A stretch of DNA of 63,974 nt, filler included, from Trypethelium eluteriae (Eukaryota): the NCBI GenBank assembly GCA_051942245.1. It is 4 parts of 4 records of this genome, joined end to end, with 100 filler letters (N's around TTAATTAATTAA, not from the genome) between each part and the next. Parts side by side here need not be neighbours in the genome. Positions count along the whole stretch, not along the records: positions 16,668 to 33,225 come from JAVECL010000617.1; positions 33,326 to 49,883 come from JAVECL010000618.1; 2 more parts are not named here. The stretch is one strand, 5' to 3'. Position 1 is the stretch's first letter, and every line of letters begins with the position of its first letter. The notes beneath the pieces are model-generated. The model was not told where the DNA came from. It worked only from the letters and a program-made list of their open reading frames with translations, and ran no database searches. Shown here piece after piece: positions 24,185 to 35,473 of this stretch. Position numbers and translations under genes: made by a program.

Positions 24185-25497
24185 GATGTAGCTTTGAGAC
24201 CGTATATGCTAGAGGTTTAATGCCCGGAATCTTGTTCGGCGAATCTATCCTGTTGGAGTGGTGCTGAGCTGTTGAGAGTGTGAGGTTGGGGCCAAGCAGG
24301 CTGCGTGCCTTAAGCCTAAGGTAGCTGACACGCGAGCTCGTGGATTCTCGCGACAACAACTCTTGCGGAGTACATGCTGGTGACAACAAACCAACAAAAC
24401 AACCCACAATGGTAACGATTCTTTGGAGTCTTCTACAATGAGTCCCATTTGCTTATATGGTCCGATAGGAGAGTCCACACGAACATCAACAGAGCCTGCT
24501 GCTAGGGCGTATCATCAACAACGTGGTGAGCACGATCATCAGTCCATCAACTATGAGATGTCACTAAGATGAAATAGGAAAAGCTGAATGAGGCAGTAAT
24601 GGCTTTGAAGAAGAGCCTTCAGGTATTTCTTCTATATTTCTCCACATGAAAATCTATCTAAACCCCTACAGGATATCAATGTCCAGAATATGAATGTCGA
24701 GCTCGTTGCACAAATGTTTAAGAATTACCAGTCTAACGTTCTATTCCATCTCGAAGGTAGAAAGCTCTGAGTGATCACCAGAGCTCCCAAATGCTAAAAA
24801 TTGAGTAGCCACAGATAGCATTAAGGAACCTTCGTGAGCGTAAAGGCCGCATCGCATCTACCTGATGAATCCCGCCCTTGTATGGCAAAACACGCTCGAA
24901 CGATGCGAATCGGGACACGTTCAAGTACTCGTCCAAGCAACAAGGTTTCAGCTAGGTCAACGCCACGAATTTTGATGCGACTGATTCATCGTCAGTTGTT
25001 CGAAAAATTGCTCTTAGAAGTACATAAAGCTTCTCGAGAACATTCCGAAATCGTGGCAGATACACCTAGCATCACCGCTTTCATGTGTGACTTGAGTACT
25101 ACTTGTGGTCAAGTTTTTCAATAGATACCAATTTATTTCTTTCAACGGGCCGTCTCGATCACCAGCTATTAGAACTTTCATATGGAGTACTAAACGATAG
25201 CTCAACCAAACTAGAGCCAGACATGAGTGATGCGGGAGCCAGTCGCTTTCATGAATGTGAGGACCACGGTCCTGTCACCACACGTCTCCTAAATCACGTC
25301 TGTCTTGTTTTGTGAAATATGTCATAACATAAATATCCTATGCTAAAGGAAGAGAGAATGAAGCAGGAGTCTTCTGTCTGCCAATACTGGAAGTATATAC
25401 AAGAAACAAGGACCCCCCACCTTTCATAGACGTACCTGCCTGTCAAGAGGTCCCTCAGCTTCGGCTCCAATGCGTCAGCGTTCGTTATATTATTATC

Positions 25498-26421
25498 TTA
25501 GCCCATCGCCGGAATGTTAATTATGGCAATAGACCAGACTTTACCTCCGTTCGAGCTGCTCAGCCCAGTATAAGTGGCTCCTTGCGCCGAGGCGATTGTG
25601 TCGCCGAATGTGGTGTCCGCGGCCGCAAGGGTAATAGTCGTCCCGATATACTGTTGCACTGCTACGGTTCCAGTGCAATCGCTGTCGCATTCAGTGCCGG
25701 TTCCCCAACCTGTCATCGGTCCGGATTCATGGTTGAAGCTAGATAGTTCCGCACCGGTAGCAGCGTTGGTTACAGTTCTGGTAAGAGCACATCAGGAAGT
25801 TTGCGAGATCAAGGATATCGGCCGATTACTGACTGTATCCAGTTCTGCCCATTTGATTGCAGAGTGTATTCGATTTTGACATGCTCTGTGCCGCTAACAG
25901 GGCTAGCAGAGCCGTCGAGCTGGCCGAAAGAGCCAAATAACGAAGCACGAACGCACCTAAACCAGCGTTAGCTGAAGAATATCAAGTGGGAAAACTATGT
26001 CTAGAGATGCCTAAGACTACAGTCGTTGGAAAAAAGTGTTTGGGCAACCCTCACCGATTTTTCCGCACAAGGGCGTAGACACTTTTTTTCAATGACTTTG
26101 AGTCTCATCTCATGACACATACCACTGTCCCGTTGTTGCACCGCACCAGCTGTTGTCTGGCCAGGACTCCAAAGTCGTCTGAATCAAATCACCTGTACCG
26201 TTCGACATGCCGGGCCAAAGGAAAAGCTCGCCATTTTGCGAAGATGGCGCAGTCCCTGGGATGATAGTGCTAACGGCATTGATGATGTGGGATTTGGTTG
26301 GGCCTAGAGAGACACTGCCGCCCCAGGAGTCACGTTTGATCAACTTTGTAGGCGGAGGTACGGCTGAAGCCCCTGAGAGGAAAAGAAAAGCAAATAGAGA
26401 ACCAGTGGCGAATGAATGCAT
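25498..26421 (-). CDS. Secreted fungal protein of unknown function, 233 aa (signal peptide + KR site)
   Basis: Exons 26421-26123, 25956-25834, 25777-25498 join in frame (702 nt). Hydrophobic N-terminus and LIKR|DSWGG. Confidence 0.8.
26020..26098. mobile_element. Degenerate ~80-bp Tc1/mariner-like MITE inside intron 1 of the secreted-protein gene
   Basis: ta|CAGTCGTTGGAAAAAAGTGTTTGGGC ... GCGTAGACACTTTTTTTCAATGACT form an imperfect ~25-bp inverted pair. The left end follows TA and begins CAGT. The right terminus is degraded. Confidence 0.55.
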
Positions 26422-27074
26422 GGCGGCGAGAAAAGTCGATCAAAAGCTTAGTAGACAGATAAAGTCCAAACCTCGTAATCAACCGACAGAGAAGCAGTAG
26501 TTTCCTTATATTACCTGGTTGCCATTCCTTTGCAGTTTACCACTCTCGATTTTTGCGGAGCCATGCTTGGCGAACCAGCAAACAAACACCCTGCGGTGCT
26601 GCATCGGTTGCTTAGAATTTCAGAGAAAATCCACCTATCGAATCGCAACAGCTCATTTCTGGATATACACCAGTCAATAATGGAAGGAAAGGACCGGGCG
26701 AACCCTGTTATAGTATCTAAGGTTTTTTTCCGAACTCCGGCGATTAATTAGCCAGTTTCATGCTACAGATAACCCGCAAAGAGGGTTCGGAAACATACCT
26801 AAATATGCAATTGTTATTCTGTATATAGAGGATTCTGAATACAATATGAATAAAATAATTGTTGATAATTTTATTTAACCCTTTGTCGTTTTAAAGGTTT
26901 ATTCATATGTTAAACAATTCTTCCATCCAACTTTTAGATGATAATGAAATGGAATTAAATTCAAAAGCCTTTTTTGTTACCCTACATAATGCAAAGTGTA
27001 TCAACGCTGGTGACAACATGCAGGCGAATGAAGCCTTTGCGCGACCTGTAGGTTTCTTAATAATGTATCATATC

Positions 27075-28039
27075 TTATCGACAACCCGCGGAGACAAGAG
27101 CCGACAAAACACCCATCAGATGGTCTCTCTCAGCCGCATCGTCATAGATATGAGATAGTAAGAGAGCGCTATACTCCTCAAACATGAACGATCCAGACAC
27201 CCTTGCTGCTTCAAATAGTGCAGGATAAGCTCCAGCATTGCCCCAGTCGATAATCCAAACTTTTCCGTCCGAATCTAGCATCAAATTCTGTGGAATGAGA
27301 TCCTGGTGTACCAATACAAAGGAGTTGTAGTTGAATGGTGGAAGTTCTTTTCTAGCCCATCCAAACAACTGACTGATTTCCAACTTGTGAGTAAACCAGT
27401 CGTTGAACTCTTCCTTGTTGTTGAAAGGGCCAGCCGTATACTCTGTAAACCAAAATCCTTTGCAGCTCCCTCCGCCAAGAGGCCCCGGCTGATCGAAATG
27501 AACGGTCCGTAGTTGTGCGACGATACTAGCGATCTGGCTAAATATGTGTTTGCGCTTTTCCTGGTCAAGGGTGTCCCAGATATCGGCCAGCGTGTTGCCC
27601 TCGATATAATCCATGACTATGTAGCCACATTGGGAGGAAGCTGATGTTTCAGATTGGGCAAAGAAGTAACGGTGAAGCTTAGGGGTCGGGACCGTTGTCC
27701 TTGAAAGTGCACATTTCATCGCCTCAATCTCTGACATCTGCATCCCAACTCCAAATTTCAGAATAAGATTAACGGAGAGTCGAACAATCGTCGTAGACCA
27801 AAAACGGTAGAGAACCGGAGAGATTCTGCTGATTGAGATAAGTTGCTCATCCGAGACGGTATCGAGATCAATTCCATCGAGTGGGAAAGACGCTGATGGG
27901 TCTTTACTTAAGGGCTGCATGTAGTGCGTCCGTTAGCTGGCAGCCTATCACTTTCCGCTTGAGAACTTACATCATGGAAAATTTCGAACATCGAGCACGG
28001 AGGCTCCATCTGAAGGCACGGCGTCGTGGTATGACCCAT
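27075..28039 (-). CDS. Aminoglycoside-phosphotransferase (APH)/choline-kinase-like protein
   Basis: ORF 27075-27920 with YIVMDYIEGNTL and HQDLIPQNLMLDSDGKVWIIDWGNAGAYP. An in-frame upstream exon 28039-27971 ends in a gtaagt donor. Confidence 0.85.
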
Positions 28040-28301
28040 TCTGGTACTGCAGTATGAATGGTCGATGCTGTTATAGCCCCATGCAAGGCAAGTGCGTTCA
28101 CTGACCGCAGCGTATGTGCAAGTCGGCTACTGATTGTCCGCCGTGGCGCTCACCTCCAGTTTTAACATTGACAACATCTTATTTTTCTTCCATCACAAAT
28201 ACCTGTTGTGGGAAGTGGCTCTTGCGGCCCTATGCGGAGGCGCGTCCCTTGGGTGAATATTACCTTATCTATCCTAGTGCATCCACACATACCTCTATTT
28301 A

Positions 28302-28482
28302 CCTTACCGCGGCTGGGGGGTTCCTCAACTGGCAGTTAATACGATGTTATTTTGACTTTGCTGCTATGACCTTTTTGGCCCACTTCAAGGCGGTGTAAAT
28401 ATAGGCCAACAAGGTTATAACAATTAATCTGAGTTAACGTTGTATTAATTACCAGTTGAGGAACCCCCCAGCCGCGGTAAGG
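28302..28482. mobile_element. 181-bp MITE (copy 1), TA-flanked, 31-bp perfect TIR extending to ~80-bp imperfect arms
   Basis: TA|CCTTACCGCGGCTGGGGGGTTCCTCAACTGG ... CCAGTTGAGGAACCCCCCAGCCGCGGTAAGG|TA. Confidence 0.9.
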
Positions 28483-28697
28483 TATATAGGTATTGACCTT
28501 TGCTGTCTCTCCGAGACTTTTTTGATTTTGATACATTTCTTTCAGCTTCTCTACATTCAACAAGACCTCCTCGCATCGGTTTCCAAGTTGATACTTCACG
28601 GTACGGTACTTGGAATTTCTGAATTATATAGAAGTGTCAGTGATCAAACAGATCAATCTTAGCACTCAGCACTCGGGAGAAAGTCATCATACAAAAT

Positions 28698-29246
28698 ATG
28701 AGCTCCTGGTACACCCCGCCAACCTTTTTCCCTGTCAAATATGTCCCAGCGGACCGAAAAGACGAGATTCGAGCAAAATCAGTCTTGTGCGTACACGCGG
28801 TCGCGCACCCAAAAGGACCTGGCCCTCATCCTGGTGGATTCACCAATCATTGGTGCCTGTACCTCCAGACTGGTGCAGACGAGTCTGTCGAAATTGATGT
28901 CCAACCAAATCCACAGCAAAGAGGTACCGCCATTCCGGGTGGTAGTAAGGCCGATGTGATTGCTAGTTTGTTACCGTTTCCGATTTTCGCCAATGCTGTC
29001 CACTACAAGACGATGGCTGTTCCCGCTGGCTTGGTAGTGGCCCAAGTCTTGGACTCCCTGGTACAGCATGGTCACGACAAGTACGAGTTCACAGTCCAGG
29101 GTGTAGGATGTCGCAAATGGGTAGATACTCTCGCCTTTCTGACAGAAAAGGGATGGCTTGACGGAAGCATGGCGATATCTGATATCGTAAGACTCTGGCC
29201 AGAGGGGATTCCGCTTGAACTTGATGAGGGCAAATACTATTCCTGA
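28698..29246 (+). CDS. Intronless 182-aa fungal protein of unknown function (DUF7770-like NHW...YEF...GCR family)
   Basis: TNHWCLYLQT..SVEIDVQP..PGGSKA..GHDKYEFTVQGVGCRKW pattern. The family name is from recall and needs an HMM check. Confidence 0.75.
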   Translation: MSSWYTPPTFFPVKYVPADRKDEIRAKSVLCVHAVAHPKGPGPHPGGFTNHWCLYLQTGADESVEIDVQPNPQQRGTAIPGGSKADVIASLLPFPIFANAVHYKTMAVPAGLVVAQVLDSLVQHGHDKYEFTVQGVGCRKWVDTLAFLTEKGWLDGSMAISDIVRLWPEGIPLELDEGKYYS

Positions 29247-29303
29247 TAAGTAGGGGCATCTTGGAGGCTGGTAATTTTTGGCTGTTAAACATCTTGTAAT
29301 TTA

Positions 29304-29484
29304 CCTTACCGCGGTTGGGGGGTTCCTCGACTGGTAATTAGTACAATGGTATTTCGACCTCACTGTTATGACCTTATTAGCCCATATTATCACCGCCTTA
29401 ACATAGGCTAACGTAGTCATAAAAGTAAAACTGAGGTAACATTGTATCAGTTACCAGTTGAGGAGCCCCCCAGCCGCGATAAGG
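29304..29484. mobile_element. 181-bp MITE (copy 2, more diverged, inverted relative to copy 1)
   Basis: TA|CCTTACCGCGGTTGGGGGGTTCCTCGACTGG ... CCAGTTGAGGAGCCCCCCAGCCGCGATAAGG|CA. The central CACCGCCTT is the reverse complement of copy 1's AAGGCGGTG. Confidence 0.87.
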
Positions 29485-30756
29485 CAGCTACATGATATCG
29501 TGCATGACTTCAGATATGGCATGCATGTGAGGCGTCCCCAGATAATCAACAACAATGAGGCCCTTTAGAAGTACCGAGATATTTCTTTTCCGTTACTTAG
29601 GCTTGGAAGTTACTTCAACAAAGGCACAAAATATTAAGAACTTTGATTCGATCGAAGATTGTATACCGAGTACTGTACACCCATTCTTAAGTAGATCCTT
29701 GCCTTGCGTTTCCTTTGGTGACGGGTGTTCTCCGGAAAGCATGACGGACCGCAGTTCCGAAATGAAGTGGCCTATGAGCAGCATGCAGACGCAACGCCTC
29801 ATGACAAGCGCGGGAGTTCAGGAGAAGCTGGGTAAGGCTGCAGGAGCATTACTAGCGGAGAATTCCGAGGAGCGTGCAGATAAGACGGAGGCGATAACGA
29901 TGCTGAAGCTTTTCGGGCTGAGCGTTGATCGAGAGGAGTATTTGGTGTTCCTGACTATTCCTCATAAGTCCTAATCTCGAATCGCGGCAAGTTCTTGGCG
30001 CAGCCGAAGTAGCCTCAGCACTGTCTTTCCCGTCTCTGTAGTCACTATCATGCACCGTGTTCCAACAGCAATGGCGATGAGTCTTCGATCATCTGCCCTG
30101 CTCGAGATGCAGCGCCATCGTGACGCAGCAATGCTCCCACCGAGGAATCATTTCTCTCATTCTTGTCGTAACCGTCGCCGCTCGCAAATTGCGATACGTT
30201 GTTCGCCACGCGGCAGTTGCTTTCCGTGGTGACACTGATCAGTGCCCATCACCATCCCACTAAGACTTGGGCCGAGAACCTTGATCTGCATCGAGCTAGG
30301 TCGAACGCCTTTCTGAAACAGATTCCTTGCTTCCACGGCTTTAGACTGTTCCAAGCCACGGCCCCGATGGTGAGACCCCTGGCCAGCGAGTCACGGACCC
30401 GTGACTCAATCCCGTGATAACGTGTTGAGTTGGCGAAAGTGCTTTACGCGTCCAATCACGTCTCCCACCATCGACCCTTGTCAGCAGCTGCCTCCGAACT
30501 TCTGCGCGGGATTTATGAGATGGCTTGTACCCCCGTACATATATTTGAGGGCCTGGAGGCCACCCTCTGCGGCCCTCTTGCAACCTTTTTCGTTCCAGCA
30601 TTCGCTGCCTGAGGTTGACTAAATATCGTGGCCGTCTATGCTGATCAATTCTAAGGCTCCCAATTCGAGGGGTATAAGTACTAGTGCCGACCTCCAACCC
30701 CTTCTGTTCTTCTCATCCTTTCCTATCTCTCCTATCGTCTCAGCCTCGCCGCCGTC

Positions 30757-31733
30757 ATGTTTTCATCAAGTCGAGCTGGGCGATACCAGCAAGGAAGCTT
30801 TTCCAAAAACCGCGCGGGAAAATCAACGAGCAAGAAAAGATCGTCGTTTCATCAAGGTAGTATGATGAAAGGCATCGAGACTCTGTCACCATCTCAAGCT
30901 CAGCATACTCCACCGGTCGGAACGTAAGTCAACTATAATGTCTTCCGTCTTCATTCAGTTTAACATGGTTCAGGAACCTTACCAGTGCAATAATCACTCT
31001 GTGTGTCGGTCACGAAAAACGTCTCTTCGCTGCTCATGAAGACGTCCTCTGTCACTCGCCTTTTTTCCAAGCTGCCTGTCGCGGACAATTCCTCCAAAAT
31101 GGGGCAAAAAGGCTTGATCTTCCGGAAGAAGTACCAGAGATATTCTCCTCGGTCCTCGAATATCTGTACAAGGGGGATTACTCACCACGCCTCGAGTATG
31201 ACAAGAAGCGGCGTACTTGGCATATCCAGTCGGCAGACGGCGGTGTTCCTGACGGTACCCTCTACTATCAACGCTGGGGTCCTGTTCTCAAGGATACTAT
31301 CATCTACGTATGTGGTTTAACGCCGCATTCCGTCCCGCAACATGTCTAACAACTATTCAGTGCGCCGCCGAGAGGTACTCCCTTCCTGAATTGAAACGTC
31401 TCTCCCTTAAGAAACAAGGTCTTCAGACCGGCATAGCCTGCAGCACCCTCCTCTCTAGCGCTCGCTTCGCTTACGACAATACTCCGGAATCCGACTCCAA
31501 GCTGAGAGCACACTATCTGGCACTCATCATCCGAAGCAGGCAAACATTCAAGCGAAGCGGCACAATGCAGCAGGAGATGACAAACGGAGGAAGACTGTTC
31601 TTTGACTTGTTCGTGGCGATGGCGAATCATATGGTGAGTCTCGTATCTCTTCACTTACGCACGCACGCGTAGGCATGGGTGCTGACGTGTATGGTGTTGC
31701 CTACAGGACGACATCAAGTCGCCACACTTTTGA
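30757..31733 (+). CDS. BTB/POZ-domain protein
   Basis: Four exons: ..IITLCVGHEKRLFAAHEDVLCHSPFF..LPEEVPEIFSSVLEYLYKGDY..|CAAERYSLPELKRLSLKKQGL.. Confidence 0.85.
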
Positions 31734-33225
31734 AGCATGTCTGGTGTATCGCTGCCTAGGCTATGCGTGTAATCGATCATTCCGATAATTTCCGATCGCC
31801 TGTCTTCCTTACCCTCGTTGCCTGACTTTCGACGTGTTATGTTGTTTCGTTGCTGAGATACCCTTCTTGTACACCAGCCTTTGGGAAAAAGTTTTTCACG
31901 CATGGCGTTCTGGATACGTGTATTTCCCATCCTCAACCCAAAATCATTTCTTCCACTCACTTGGGAATCTGTACTATATCACCATCCTGCTCGGTTCCAC
32001 CGCCGAAGCTTTGATTTGTTGTTTCTGTTGCTGTTTCGTTCTATGGGGAAAGAAGCCAAATTGTCGTGCCCCTTCACTGGCCGGGCTTTACGAACAAGAT
32101 ACTGTTTTCCTTTTTTTTAACACTGCTCAGAGATGGAGCAGACATCGCGAAGCAGTTGGAGCTTCGATTGCTGGGCTGTGGAACACATCTGGGCATTTAG
32201 TCCTGCATAATGAATTTCCTTCGGCAGGACCATGGATTTAGAGACTTTTGGATCACGAGATAATCAGGAATATCAAATTGAAGCCAAAGCATTTTATTTA
32301 TTTGCAGCCGATAGACATCGTAAATTGTTGCATTCAGGCAAGTAGTGCCTGGGGCGTTAGGCATGAATTGTTCATCCTCTCTGCACTCCGCTCCCGATCT
32401 CAACTGCTTTCGATCTCATTGCTTCTTCCACCATCTCTAGGCTTCCATGTCTTGTCTCCCGTCTATCCGGGGACTTTGCGTACACTAGCCATGCAGGAAT
32501 ACCGAGGCGCTGGGTGTGACTCATTTCCGAAATGCAGGGTCATGGTTGAGCTAAGGTTCAAAAGGAAGACGGCTGAAGCCATGTGGAAGTTGGTGTGGAG
32601 CGCCGGCCACTTCCAAAAGTCTAATCGGACGGTGAAGTGGACAAGGTCATCGAAAAAATACTCGGCAGATCGAGTATTCACCAAGCGCGAGATATGGTAC
32701 TGGTACAAAGGCTGCCTAGAATAGTTAGCACACCTTCTCCCTGTTGCAAGATGGCTACCTGCCTTACTTCAGATACATTATTGTGCAACCTTCTACCTTG
32801 CTCTCAGTTGAACGGCCTCCACTGGTGGTTCCGCAAAGGGCCCGCTGACGATAATGCTGGCCAATTCAGGGTTGCAAGCTTTCTAAAGCAGACAGCCAAG
32901 ACGAGCGCCTCCGGAGAGAACGGCATTGACATGCACGATCCTCCTCTCTGGAGGCGATACTACACGCCTGTCCCGGGGAAAGCACCGGCCTTGCTAAGCA
33001 CCACCATGCCGTGGGCTCGCGAGATATAGCCCTTCATCAAGTTCTGTAAGCTAGTCAGCAACCCGACATAACATTCAAGCGCAGCCGAGAGCCAATCGAT
33101 GCACCAACAGGCGACAGGCGATAGGCGCCGCCTAGACTGGGCCCTCCTCGGTGCAGCCCACACCCCCTCCCCAACGCAACCAATGCATGCAGCTGCAATG
33201 CACCCAGAGAAATGACTCACTCACC

Positions 33226-33325
33226 NNNNNNNNNNNNNNNNNNNNNNNNNNNNNNNNNNNNNNNNNNNNTTAATTAATTAANNNNNNNNNNNNNNNNNNN
33301 NNNNNNNNNNNNNNNNNNNNNNNNN
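33226..33325. other. Artificial contig-joining spacer
   Basis: 44 N + TTAATTAATTAA (33270-33281) + 44 N. Confidence 0.98.
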
Positions 33326-33543
33326 GAGGAGGAGGAAGAGGAGGAGGGATAGAGAGGATAGAGAAGATAGTGGTGCCGCCGTTGAGTGGTGGGGGGAGTC
33401 CGCATGGGTTGACTGCTTCCTCTTCTGCGGTGGGCCCAAATTTCGGAAGTGTCGATTTTGGAGGAATAGATGGGGGTGCTACGAGACCGAATGACGAGGA
33501 CGTCGAACCGGGTGCTTTGTCGGAAGGTGTTGAAACCCAGTGA
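33326..33543 (+). CDS. Probable 3' end of a gene truncated by the contig start
   Basis: An open G-rich frame of about 70 codons from the gap ends at ..EGVETQ TGA (33541-33543), followed by AT-richer UTR-like sequence. No family recognised. Confidence 0.4.
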
Positions 33544-33960
33544 GTACGTGGATATGAAGATATAATTTCATGATAATCTGTTTGTTCTAGTATGTTATTC
33601 TTCGAGGTTTTCTATCACCATTTGGACAGCATGTCATGGGTTTGAAAGTACTATCAGCGACAGCAATTTGTTCATCAGATCTTGAAGCATGGGTTTGGCT
33701 TTCTCATTCCCGATATGGTTTCATTTTACATTGTTTATCTGAAAGGCTACATCCATGCTGTGACGATCACTTAATTGGGGCCGTGGAATGAATTTGAGAT
33801 GTAAATATCGGGTATCATCTACATAGTGTAATAACGCCATCCGCAAAATTGTCAATGATATCCCGCCCAGTGTACCCGTCGAAGAACTCTGAGCCTGTCC
33901 AATGCACCCCATGATTGTAATTTGATAAGATGAAAAAATGTGCTCATCACCTCCAAGCTC

Positions 33961-34827
33961 TTACTTCCCATTAACTCTCTTCCAAGTCTCTTCCTCTAAC
34001 TGCTGCAAACCCTTTCCGGCTTCTCCCACCCACTTCTTTGCTGTATCCCATAAACCACCCTCACCTTCCCCGCTACTGACTGGGACTCCGCCAGCCCCGC
34101 CTGCCTCATCATTCGCCGCCCTCTGCGATGCACTCATCATATCCGCATACGGATTCTGTACATATCCGGGAGGGTGCTCGGGGTTCACCGCCGATTCACC
34201 TCGAGACTGCGCGGAGAGCATAGCGGGTGGCACACCGCCAGTCTGCCCTGCACCGGTGCCATATTGACCTTCGTAAGAAAGCGTGATTCCACCTGTTGTA
34301 GAGCGAGTAGGTGCGGCGTTTTGCGTAGGTGGCGGGATCGAGAATTGAGAAGGTGGACCTTGGGGTGCACCGGCGGTTGTGGTGGATGGTGCAGGAGTGA
34401 TTGCTGCGGACTGAGAGGACGTTGGGGTTGTTTGTGGGGCGTCTCCCGGACGCGGTGGAGGGGGAATGCTGCCGGTATTTTGTGATGCTGTCATCGGTGC
34501 CGTGGCGCCTGGGACTGGTACAGAGCCTGGTTGTGGCGGCGGCGGTCCATCACTTGCTGCAGGAATTGTGCGTGTGGGTTCTAATTGTTGCGGAACTGCA
34601 TGAACTTGGGGGACATTGGATGTGATAGAGCCAGTAGGAGCTGGAGCTGGAGCCGCGCCCGGAGCAGCTGGAGCATATTGTCTTGGCGATTGCCCGGTGG
34701 TAGTCGAAGCTAAATTGCTCGAAGGTTGGTTTCCAGTGTTTGTATGGGGAGAAGTGGTTTGAGGCTCCGCATCTTCAGCTTTGGCAGGATTGATGGGACG
34801 GTCAGAGTATACTGGAATTGGCGGCAT
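33961..34827 (-). CDS. Pro/Thr/Ala-rich uncharacterised protein, 288 aa
   Basis: Long intronless ORF with an MPPIPVY start, EHPPGYVQNP and a C-terminal LWDTAKKW..EEETWKR amphipathic segment. Confidence 0.75.
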   Translation of the reverse strand: MPPIPVYSDRPINPAKAEDAEPQTTSPHTNTGNQPSSNLASTTTGQSPRQYAPAAPGAAPAPAPTGSITSNVPQVHAVPQQLEPTRTIPAASDGPPPPQPGSVPVPGATAPMTASQNTGSIPPPPRPGDAPQTTPTSSQSAAITPAPSTTTAGAPQGPPSQFSIPPPTQNAAPTRSTTGGITLSYEGQYGTGAGQTGGVPPAMLSAQSRGESAVNPEHPPGYVQNPYADMMSASQRAANDEAGGAGGVPVSSGEGEGGLWDTAKKWVGEAGKGLQQLEEETWKRVNGK

Positions 34828-35473
34828 GATCTTGGTTTAATAAGATTCGAAATTTCAGGTTTTGCGCACAGAATTCGAAGTTAAAAGTTGCACGATTCCC
34901 TCGAAGGGATGGAGTATTGAAGCCTGATGAGACCGCGATCCAGTGACGTCACAGCGCACGTGACTTGTGTGCTGCCATGGCATTTTATGATTGTTGGCAG
35001 AGACGAAGACAAACGCAATAGACACGCAAACTATTGTAGAAGGTGGAGTCAGGGTAAATAAATAGGCAATTCTAGGAGAAACATCTATGCAGCTATTTTG
35101 ACCATGGCTCCACCTACCGAAGATCAATCTATCGACAAAGTAGGGCTATGAAGGGACAGAACAATCGAAACAAACCAAGTATGCTGAAGGGACAAGGAAC
35201 AGCTCGAAGTGGAGATAGAGGGACAGATGCGAGCCAAGGGCAGTACAGACTAGGGGAAAAATGTTGACCAGGCAATAAAGTACAGTAGAGTTCGGTCGTC
35301 GTGTCTTGATCCACCGCCTGTGGTTATGGCTCCGAACTAGAACAAATTCCCACCAAGATGGCTTGAAATCGCTCTCGCTCCCCCCACTCACCTCCACACC
35401 AGACAGCACTCCTCTCAATTATATCACCGATCTCCGTTCTGTGTTCAGTCCCATGCAATTAGGGGCAAAACGC

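Noticed and set aside
28162..28599. Minus-strand ORF restored by removing MITE copy 1
   Set aside because: It gains only about 46 open codons with no recognisable motif, which is compatible with chance.
29555..30697. Medium ORFs upstream of the BTB gene and at 31834-33220, 46092-47628, 52186-53503
   Set aside because: They have no recognisable domains, codon bias or splice-consistent models, so I treated them as intergenic or UTR.
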